A DNA stretch of 39,491 nucleotides. Origin: a virus (taxonomy: Duplodnaviria > Caudoviricetes). Every line of letters begins with the position of its first letter. Within the stretch, counting starts at the first letter, position 1. The stretch lies in IMG/VR virus record IMGVR_UViG_3300032225_001435, positions 1-39,491 of that record, one strand, 5' to 3'. Below the pieces are notes generated by a model, which searched no databases, was not told where the DNA came from, and saw nothing but the letters and a program-made list of their open reading frames with translations. This document shows positions 29,822 through 36,447 of this stretch, piece by piece. Position numbers and translations under genes: made by a program.

Positions 29822-30238
29822 TTATTCTTTGAAGTCTCCAGTCTCCATGAATGCCTTAGCGTCGTTCATGAAATCCTCGTCAGACTGGTAACTTTCCCCG
29901 ACCATCTCTTGCATATCCTGATCAACCCAGTCATCGAAGGCTCCACTGAGCTCCTCCTTGTTTTCGTTGATAAGTTCAGTAGTTCGCTGCTCTCTTGGCT
30001 GAGACTTAAGCCTATGCAGCTCTATTTCGTAGACCAATTCATCGAAGGTTCTGTCAGTTAGGTACTTGTCAAAGACCCCAATGCCCAGTTGCATGGCCAG
30101 GTAGAATCTCAGGATATCGCTCTCGTCATCCTCGTCAGTCAATTGATTGTTGAAGACTCTATTGGCCTTCTCTTGGGCCTTCTTGAATCTCTCATTGATC
30201 ATTGGTTCGTAATACGTGACTCGGCTATAGGGGCTCAT
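29822..30238 (-). CDS. Putative tail assembly chaperone, gpT-like domain (138 aa, acidic C-terminus)
   Basis: LRFYLAMQLGIGVFDKYLTDRTFDELVYEIELH resembles the short helical T-domain pattern; adjacent to the gpG-like gene; GGAGG RBS. Confidence 0.45.
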   Translation of the reverse strand: MSPYSRVTYYEPMINERFKKAQEKANRVFNNQLTDEDDESDILRFYLAMQLGIGVFDKYLTDRTFDELVYEIELHRLKSQPREQRTTELINENKEELSGAFDDWVDQDMQEMVGESYQSDEDFMNDAKAFMETGDFKE

Positions 30239-30253
30239 AAATCCTCCAAAGAC

Positions 30254-30282
30254 ATTCTACACACTATCCAAGCCGCTCTCAA
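30254..30282 (-). promoter_or_regulatory. sigma70-type promoter TTGAGA-N17-TAGAAT with TGTG extension
   Basis: Consensus-like hexamers with a 17-bp spacer directly before the RBS of 30238. Confidence 0.6.
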
Positions 30283-30284
30283 GT

Positions 30285-31546
30285 TTTCCTTCGGATTCTG
30301 AAAAAAATTTAATTTATTATATACCTCTTCCTCTAATTAAAGATGTATATCTATTCACAGAAAGCGAATAAGTTAATATTCTTAGATAGTTCGAGCAGCG
30401 GCATGTCAAAAGTTTGTACAGTACCCATAAAACATCTAAGTAGCTAATAATATTGAATATCATAAAAAAGTAAGAATTTGGTAATATTTCGTTTTCCCCA
30501 TCCCTGCCGATCCTGATTAGCTCAAAAACCTCAAAAACATCGAGAAAAACCCACAAACCGTTTTTAAGGCCCAAAACAGAGACGTGGTTTAGTTTTAATA
30601 CTTAGCCTCAAAATGATATTACCTGATAGGAAACTTTGATTTTTGGCATGGTTTTGTAAGAACCAGGGGTATTGCTGATGGGTTTGTGACTTGTGGATGG
30701 AATATCGAACTATAAATGGATTTTGGACACTATAGATTCTCCAAAGTAGACCGGAGTACCTCCAAGCTCCCACCTTCCCCGTTAACCAGTCCTTGATCAG
30801 GTATTAAATTCTTTCCTTCGGATTCTGAAAAAAATTTAATTTATTATATACCTCTTCCTCTAATTAAAGATGTATATCTATTCACAGAAAGCGAATAAGT
30901 TAATATTCTTAGATAGTTCGAGCAGCGCAGTGTACAAAATCTTGACACCTCCCCAAAGAACCCTAAGTCACTGATTTCATTCAATCTGAGTAAAAAGTAA
31001 GAATTTGGTAATATTTCAAATCCCCCATTTTATATAGTCAGGTGGAGGTATTAAAAATCGATAATTCTCGAGAAAAACCCACAAACCGTTTTTAAGGCCC
31101 AAAACAAAGCCGTAGCTTGATTTTGACTCTCGGCCTCAAAATTGTATTACCCGATAGGAAACTTTGATTTTTGGCATGGTTTTGTAAGAGCCAGATGGGT
31201 AGTGACAGACTTTCCGACTTGTGGATTGTTCCTGATACTTCTAGAACCACCAAGTAAGGTTTTGAGCTCCTGTCGTTACCTAACAACTAACCTGGTAACA
31301 CTCTCAGTCTTCGTTTCACTTTTCTGAATTCAGAATCAAAATTTAATTTATTATATACCTCTTCCTCTAATTAAAGATGTATATCTATTCACAGAAAGCG
31401 AATAAGTTAATATTTACAAATAGTTCGAGCAGCGCAATGTACAAAGTTTGTACAGTACCCCCAAAATAGATAAACCATTGAAATCATTGAATATGATAAA
31501 AAAGTAAGAATTTGGTAATATTTCAAATCCCCCATTTTATATAGTC
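30285..31546. repeat. Non-coding direct repeat: about 2.5 copies of a ~520-bp unit with conserved blocks
   Basis: A 77-bp block is identical at 30304-30380, 30831-30907 and 31338-31414. 116 bp are identical at 30285-30400 and 30812-30927. Further shared blocks: AAAAAGTAAGAATTTGGTAATATTTC (x3), CGAGAAAAACCCACAAACCGTTTTTAAGGCCCAAAACA (x2), GATAGGAAACTTTGATTTTTGGCATGGTTTTGTAAGA (x2). Confidence 0.95.
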
Positions 31547-31607
31547 GCTTTAAAGTATAAAAGCCTGGGTAATTACACCCAGGCATTGGCTCCAATTTCA
31601 CCCAAAC

Positions 31608-31880
31608 TCACTCCTCAGAGGTAGTCACTCTCTCAGCTTTGATTTGAGCGACCTTCTCCCTGATCTCTGGGTACTTGATGTAAAGGTCTTCCATGCACTC
31701 TCCCAGAGCCGTCTTGACCATGGACAGGACAATGGCATCATTCCCCATATCCTCCACCTGATTGAAGCAAGCAAGCCTATCCTTGATGCCTTTGCCATTC
31801 TTGGTGGCTCTCTTTGCTAGGTAGTGACCAATTCGCCCATTAACTTCTTCTCTGCTAATCGTTCTTTGTTCATTGCTCAT
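31608..31880 (-). CDS. Hypothetical protein (90 aa)
   Basis: ORF track; ATGA overlap with the upstream peptide gene. Confidence 0.65.
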   Translation of the reverse strand: MSNEQRTISREEVNGRIGHYLAKRATKNGKGIKDRLACFNQVEDMGNDAIVLSMVKTALGECMEDLYIKYPEIREKVAQIKAERVTTSEE

Positions 31881-32002
31881 TTTTTTTTTTCTTCTGAAAA
31901 TTTAATTAAGTCTTTCTCCAAACTTCTAACTGCCAGGATTGAAACCAAGATAACTATTGATGATGTGCACAGTATTACCGTAATAGCCACTAGAGATATC
32001 AT
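31877..32002 (-). CDS. 41-aa single-TM peptide MISLVAITVILCTSSIVILVSILAVRSLEKDLIKFSEEKKK
   Basis: Translated by hand. AGGAGAGG RBS; ATGA overlaps at both ends. Confidence 0.7.
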   Translation of the reverse strand: MISLVAITVILCTSSIVILVSILAVRSLEKDLIKFSEEKKK

Positions 32003-32160
32003 ACGACCTCTCCTATGTATGCATTAATTACTTCAGTAATATCAGTACCTTTGGCAAGCTCCTTATCAATCTCTTTTAGAATCTTTAGGTACTTTTCCTC
32101 ACTCATCTCACACATTGCTTCAAATTGAATTGGATCTAGGATTTTCCATATATCGCTCAT
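31999..32160 (-). CDS. 53-aa acidic hypothetical protein MSDIWKILDPIQFEAMCEMSEEKYLKILKEIDKELAKG...
   Basis: Translated by hand. GGAGGT RBS; TAATG overlap upstream and ATGA overlap downstream. Confidence 0.7.
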   Translation of the reverse strand: MSDIWKILDPIQFEAMCEMSEEKYLKILKEIDKELAKGTDITEVINAYIGEVV

Positions 32161-32411
32161 TATTCTGCACCTCCGCTAACTAATGGATCGGCAAGTGAGG
32201 TTGCGTATGCCATGGCTCTGAGCTCACGCATGTTCTTGTTATAAGTATTAATCCAGTGTATCGCCCATGACTTTTCATCAAAGTTCTGTACAAATACCCA
32301 CTCATTTGATGGATAATCATAATGAAATAGATCATAACCACCGAATTCTCCTGATTTTATTACTTTTAAAAACTGAACCCTACTAGCACTATCTATTGTT
32401 TCATAAACCAT
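32160..32411 (-). CDS. Hypothetical protein (83 aa, MVYETIDSASRVQF...)
   Basis: Part of track ORF 32160..32486; AAGGGGG RBS supports ATG 32411. Confidence 0.7.
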   Translation of the reverse strand: MVYETIDSASRVQFLKVIKSGEFGGYDLFHYDYPSNEWVFVQNFDEKSWAIHWINTYNKNMRELRAMAYATSLADPLVSGGAE

Positions 32412-32454
32412 TAGATCCCCCTTGTTATTGTGTTGCAGCCAACTTATGAAATAC

Positions 32455-32482
32455 TTATCGTAAACTGGATATCCAAACTTTA
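32455..32482 (-). promoter_or_regulatory. Probable sigma28-type promoter TAAAGTTT-N12-TACGATAA
   Basis: Perfect extended -35, CGATAA core, spacer 1 bp long; heads a four-gene coupled operon. Confidence 0.5.
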
Positions 32483-32547
32483 ACAAATCTTATAAGGTGC
32501 TGTAAGGTAAGGAGTATTTGGCGAACTTATCTGTTAATTTAAGAAAA

Positions 32548-32601
32548 ATGTCGGGAATGGGATGTCGGGAATGGGATGTCGGGGAAAGTGTCGGGGATGG
32601 G
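32548..32601 (+). repeat. G-rich tandem repeat: (ATGTCGGGAATGGG)x2 plus two degenerate copies
   Basis: TGTCGGG at 32549, 32563, 32577 and 32589; seven runs of at least 3 G. Confidence 0.85.
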
Positions 32602-32604
32602 CAC

Positions 32605-32637
32605 AAAAAGTAAACCCCAGACATTTCTGTCTAGGGT
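32605..32637 (-). terminator. Rho-independent terminator ending the endonuclease-tRNA transcript
   Basis: ACCCTAGACA-GAAA-TGTCTGGGGT followed by TTACTTTTT. Confidence 0.75.
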
Positions 32638-32644
32638 ATCAATT

Positions 32645-32774
32645 TGGGGGGGTCTAGCTTACTGCCGGCTCTTCGCGGCCACTGCCTATGCTCGGTATGT
32701 AAACTAGACCTCTATTTTTCACTAAGTATTTCTACCCAGTGTTAACGGCTTCGCTTTCGTTCCGCCGGATTCCC
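32645..32774 (-). ncRNA. Candidate structured RNA: three hairpins, the last ending in C-CCA
   Basis: CGGC...GCCG; CACTGGGTA-GAAA-TACTTAGTG; GAGGTCTAGTTTAC/GTAAGCTAGACCCC stem followed by CCCA. G-U pairs favour the minus strand. Lies between a tRNA and a terminator. Confidence 0.45.
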
Positions 32775-32778
32775 TAAG

Positions 32779-32851
32779 TGGTGGTAAGTCTTGGGATTGC
32801 ACCAAGTCCTGTGGTTTATCTGGCCACTGTACTTCTTTATACGAACTTACC
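32779..32851 (-). tRNA. Atypical tRNA, anticodon GAT (Ile-like), 73 nt, encoded CCA
   Basis: GGTAAGT/ACTTACC acceptor + A + CCA; D-stem GTAT/GTAC; anticodon arm GTGGC-CAGATAA-ACCAC; T-arm CTTGG-TGCAATC-CCAAG. Confidence 0.75.
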
Positions 32852-32854
32852 AGT

Positions 32855-32930
32855 TGGGCGCGGGTGTGGGATGTGCGCCCACGATCTGAAGCTTATGAGA
32901 CTTCCGAGTTAACTACTACTCTAACCCGCA
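32855..32930 (-). tRNA. tRNA with CAT anticodon (initiator-Met-like, atypical), 76 nt, encoded CCA
   Basis: TGCGGGT/ACCCGCG acceptor; D-stem GAGT/ACTC; GAAGT-CTCATAA-GCTTC; T-arm GTGGG-CGCACAT-CCCAC; C + CCA. Confidence 0.85.
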
Positions 32931-32933
32931 CTT

Positions 32934-34448
32934 TCATTTTAACATATCGAACAAAAACTTAATCTTTCCGCAATCATAAACCCTAAGCAGACCGTCCATA
33001 AGCGCATGTTCATGCTCGGTCATGCCGGAGGGAGTCTTTACAACTCCCTTTTTCCTAGATTGCTTTGAAATAATCTTTCCCTGAGCTTTGTCGTAATAGA
33101 AGTAATCAGGAGCCGACTCAGACATCTTGGTGTATCCAGACTTTTCATAAGAGTTTCCATTACTTAGTCTCTTGTGAACAAAGGTTATAAAGGAGCCTAT
33201 TTTATTAAAAACGTGCTTTGACATCTTAGAAAGACCGCCGTGTATCCTGTATCCTGGCTTAATCGCATACCTGGAGAGATTAGGTAGCGCGTCCATGTTC
33301 TGTCTATGTGGCTTGGAAAAGGACATTACAGACATAAGTTCATTTTTGTAAAAAAGTCCAATATTCAAGAAAGAGGATCTTGATCCGCCTTGTAGATGAT
33401 ATTGTTCGCAAAAGGCGCTGGCATCCTTGCTGGATAACTCTTTTATCTCACAGGCAGAGGCTCTTATCGAAGCTCCCCTTTGGAGTTTGCCAGAAAGAAA
33501 AGCCTTGACTTGATCTTTCTTGTTAGTCCATTCAGCATCCCATATATGCACGAGTTCGGCACCCCTGGCCTTGAGAAGCATATCGGTCTTCTCTTTGTGA
33601 TACGAGGGGGACTTGCCTTTGTACAAACCACCGTTTTCTGAGTGGTGGAAGAAGAGCCCATTATATTCAATACCTATATTCAGGTCTGGAATATAGATAT
33701 CTATCTCCCGTGTAACTCCCTTGTCGGAAATTCTGATTTTGTCAGACTTTAGACCAAAACTATCAAAGATCCAGTCCTTTAACTCCTGCTCGGCTCGCGA
33801 CTTATTCTTGACTGTAACATTTAGTAGATGATTTGACATCTTTTCTCTGGCCTTCGGTGTCAGGGAGAAGCTTTCGTAGCCATATCTCTCCATGCAGGTG
33901 GCCTTCGCCTTCTCTCTGACTCCAGGAATCTGGGCTGTATGCCTCACGCCGTATTTTTTCAGCGTAGTTTCTTCTCTGAGTTCTTGTTTTTTGCAGCCGC
34001 ATGAACGGCTTATTGAGAAAGATTCCTTAATAATATCATACTCTTTGCCGCAAACACACTTAACATTAATGTATACACGACCTTCTTTGTTGAATTGATC
34101 TGAAGTGACGGTTAGAAAGCCGTTATTTTCGCCGATCGCTATCGGACGGAGTCTGCCACAGCCACAAGACAGGGTATTGCCGGACTTAAGAGCACTTCTC
34201 TGTCTTGTGGTTACTGTCCCGCAATGACACCTAACTAAATACATTAATTTTGAAATCGGCTCCACCGCAGTCCAATTCCCGAAGATATCCCCTGGCTTGA
34301 TCGGATTCTTAGAGCACCCGCAACTTATTGATTTTCCTGACTTGAGATTGTATACAGGAACTACTTTTTGTGTACCGCAATCGCATACAGCTAATGCATG
34401 CCTCTTGTTAATGACATTATCTTCAATTGTCCACTTTCCAAACTTCAT
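32934..34448 (-). CDS. Free-standing Hef-like homing endonuclease: three Cys-rich Zn repeats, KYG repeats, Vsr/PD-(D/E)XK-type nuclease and GNAT/Mom-like C-terminal domain (504 aa)
   Basis: Three copies of FG.WT...C.CG......L.SG...SCGC; KKYGV/ERYGY; SRAEQEL...EIDIYIPDLNIGIEYNGLFFH...LVHIWDAEW; IRA..C.IKE...F...YHLQG...GLFY..EL...RVYDCG. Confidence 0.8.
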   Translation of the reverse strand: MKFGKWTIEDNVINKRHALAVCDCGTQKVVPVYNLKSGKSISCGCSKNPIKPGDIFGNWTAVEPISKLMYLVRCHCGTVTTRQRSALKSGNTLSCGCGRLRPIAIGENNGFLTVTSDQFNKEGRVYINVKCVCGKEYDIIKESFSISRSCGCKKQELREETTLKKYGVRHTAQIPGVREKAKATCMERYGYESFSLTPKAREKMSNHLLNVTVKNKSRAEQELKDWIFDSFGLKSDKIRISDKGVTREIDIYIPDLNIGIEYNGLFFHHSENGGLYKGKSPSYHKEKTDMLLKARGAELVHIWDAEWTNKKDQVKAFLSGKLQRGASIRASACEIKELSSKDASAFCEQYHLQGGSRSSFLNIGLFYKNELMSVMSFSKPHRQNMDALPNLSRYAIKPGYRIHGGLSKMSKHVFNKIGSFITFVHKRLSNGNSYEKSGYTKMSESAPDYFYYDKAQGKIISKQSRKKGVVKTPSGMTEHEHALMDGLLRVYDCGKIKFLFDMLK

Positions 34449-34473
34449 AGCACCTCACTACTGCATACCAACA

Positions 34474-34502
34474 ATAGTAAGGCCAAAGATATAGAGTGTC
34501 AA
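34474..34502 (-). promoter_or_regulatory. sigma70-type promoter TTGACA-N17-TACTAT
   Basis: Perfect -35 and 17-bp spacer, upstream of the GAGGTG RBS of the endonuclease. Confidence 0.7.
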
Positions 34503-35135
34503 CTACAAAATTCCACCAGTAAAACTTGAGGCTAAGTTGCTTAAACCTTTAGTTAAACCACTCAAAGCACCTGCTACTGAATCATACGGCTTAAACGATT
34601 GATTTGCATAATGCTGATATGCCGTTCCAACAAAAGAAGCCGACCAAGTACCAAGCTGTCCCTTTGCCACATTGCCCGTAACTGAAGTAAACATGCCACG
34701 AGCAAAGAATATTGATGTACCGAGTTTCTTGTCGATTAATTGAATCTCTATTTGTGGCTGGTGAATAGCCGCTTGCATAGTATGAAACAATCCATCAGCT
34801 TCAGGACCTTTAGTTGGGTCCATAATCTGGGTCATGGTTGCAGATATTTGCAATGTTCCAATGTCAATGTCCCACGCGTGAACCGAGTCAATTGTGTATA
34901 TTGGTGTGGCATTGTAAGTAATCGTCCAGCGACAATCCTGAAAGATACCAGCGGGGTTTCCGCCAATACGAATGAATCCCCTCGCACCAGAGAAGTAAAA
35001 AGGCTCTTTAGTGCTCTTGTCGTTCCTGAAAGGGTCAAGCTTCTTGTTGGTGGCAGCAAGGCCCTTGGCTTCAAAGCTTTTCTCAATAGCGCCTATGTGA
35101 GAATCAGGCCGCCTGCCTCGGGGAGTGGTAGTCAC
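34503..35135 (-). CDS. Tail tube-like protein 3 (210 aa)
   Basis: FSGARGFIRIGGNPAG...PIYTIDS...IQLIDK...SFVG, collinear with the two upstream tube genes. Confidence 0.7.
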   Translation of the reverse strand: MTTTPRGRRPDSHIGAIEKSFEAKGLAATNKKLDPFRNDKSTKEPFYFSGARGFIRIGGNPAGIFQDCRWTITYNATPIYTIDSVHAWDIDIGTLQISATMTQIMDPTKGPEADGLFHTMQAAIHQPQIEIQLIDKKLGTSIFFARGMFTSVTGNVAKGQLGTWSASFVGTAYQHYANQSFKPYDSVAGALSGLTKGLSNLASSFTGGIL

Positions 35136-35143
35136 TTAGTCAC

Positions 35144-35758
35144 CTACTTGGCTTGAGTTTCTTTGGTAGTCGTGTCAGCAATCATTAAGGCATTAGTGCC
35201 TGTTGCGTCATAGTTTGTGGCTAATAGACCTTGGAAGGTCAAAGGCTCATTGGTTAATGATCCCATTGCGATATTGGTGTTCCTTGAAGTAATGCGACAG
35301 TCCTTAATAGACATCCAAGGAACTTCATCCTCACCGCCACTACCATCGGTCTTAGGGACTCTAACGTACAAATCAATATCAAAAGACCTAGAAGCCAATA
35401 CTTGACGTGGATCTAGGTGCTTGTAGAGCTCACTACGCGCTAATGGGTTATTGGAATTGTCGCTATTGGCTTCTTCAATTACAGAAGCCTTGGCAGTAAT
35501 CTGAGCGTTAGGGTTTGCATCAGCAACCGCCTTGGCAGAAGTTCTGTTAGAGAAGAGTCTGACGATTTGAAGAGTACCGCTCACCACATTGTACATAAGT
35601 GGCTCAAGAGCAACTGGCTGATGAGATCCAATTATGGAAACTGGCTGAACATCAATGCTAACGCCGACATTAAATCCAATAGCATAAGCTAGAGTCTTGC
35701 CATTAAGGCGAAGCTTCATTCTTGGTGCTGAGTTAAAAAGAGGAAGAATATTAGCCAT
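35144..35758 (-). CDS. Tail tube protein 2 (204 aa)
   Basis: SAPRMKLRLNGKTLAYA...PV..IGS...LEP...SGTL...FDI...IKDCRIT...EPLTFQG. Confidence 0.8.
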   Translation of the reverse strand: MANILPLFNSAPRMKLRLNGKTLAYAIGFNVGVSIDVQPVSIIGSHQPVALEPLMYNVVSGTLQIVRLFSNRTSAKAVADANPNAQITAKASVIEEANSDNSNNPLARSELYKHLDPRQVLASRSFDIDLYVRVPKTDGSGGEDEVPWMSIKDCRITSRNTNIAMGSLTNEPLTFQGLLATNYDATGTNALMIADTTTKETQAK

Positions 35759-35769
35759 TTAAGTCTCCG

Positions 35770-36375
35770 TTAAGCTTTGACGTAAGGTTGTAGTTTAGTG
35801 CCTTGCTCTGACTGAGAATCAAGAACAGACAATGAGAGAAATGAAACCGATTCGCTAAGTAATTGTCCTGGAGTAAAGGATAGGTTGTACCCAGTCATTC
35901 TGCAATCCTTGATGATATACAAGGCTCCGACGCCTGCCTGACTCTTTAAATCAACAGTACCGCTGGCTCCCTTTTCATAAATTTCAATATCAAAAGTTCT
36001 TTGGGTAAGTAAAGCTACTGGACTGAAATACTCTTGTATTAACATAGAGTTGCCGTCTCTAACAGCACTGTTTGACTTTGCCGTTTGTAGGTTTGCTGGA
36101 AGGGCAGAGTCGGGGGAAGCTGTTGAACCGACAGGAGGAGCAACCTTTTTAAGGGCACTAAGAACCTTGTCAGAATACTGAGTAATAACCATAGAACCGC
36201 GGGCAAGATAGCCAACAGGCTCGTTTGTCGCATAACTGAATGAGCCGATACCGCCAACAGGTACATTGGACATATCATCGCTGAAGCTTAGGCTTGTTGC
36301 ATAAGCAATAACTGAACCACCAATCCTGATTTCAAGTTTGGCGCTGGATAAGAAACTAGGTAATTGACCAGCCAT
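35770..36375 (-). CDS. Tail tube protein 1 (201 aa)
   Basis: SSAKLEIRIGGSVIAYA...PVGGIGS...EP...G...FDIEIY...IKDCRMT...ESVSF; first minus-strand gene after the sheath. Confidence 0.8.
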   Translation of the reverse strand: MAGQLPSFLSSAKLEIRIGGSVIAYATSLSFSDDMSNVPVGGIGSFSYATNEPVGYLARGSMVITQYSDKVLSALKKVAPPVGSTASPDSALPANLQTAKSNSAVRDGNSMLIQEYFSPVALLTQRTFDIEIYEKGASGTVDLKSQAGVGALYIIKDCRMTGYNLSFTPGQLLSESVSFLSLSVLDSQSEQGTKLQPYVKA

Positions 36376-36417
36376 TAATATAATCCTCTCGTAGATTAGG
36401 GATGTCTTTTCTTATTT

Positions 36418-36426
36418 ATTTTATCA
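36418..36426 (-). promoter_or_regulatory. TGATAAAAT extended -10 / putative late promoter for the tube operon
   Basis: Shared 9-mer about 43 nt upstream of ATG 36375; no good -35. Confidence 0.55.
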
Positions 36427-36447
36427 TGTTTGAGATCATCAAAAAAC

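Noticed and set aside
30285-31546. CRISPR array
   Set aside because: The blocks within a unit differ from one another, the period is about 520 bp, the linkers are homologous between copies, and no cas genes are present.
30317-31601. Small ORFs inside the repeats (30317-30574, 30564-30773, 31092-31286, 31407-31601)
   Set aside because: Frames, starts and stops are not preserved between copies and RBSs are weak; the similar peptides simply reflect the DNA repeat.
32645-32778. tRNA-associated HDV-like (theta) ribozyme, SRP RNA or Y RNA
   Set aside because: I found no HDV-type nested pseudoknot or L3 motif at the tRNA 3' end, no SRP helix-8 motif and no bulged-C Ro-binding helix.
32779-32851. 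Suppressor tRNA
   Set aside because: The anticodon loop CAGATAA centres on GAT, and no register gives CTA, TTA or TCA.
32934-34448. Intron- or intein-encoded endonuclease
   Set aside because: The flanking tube gene and tRNA are complete, the ORF has its own promoter and RBS, and no intron core or intein termini are evident.
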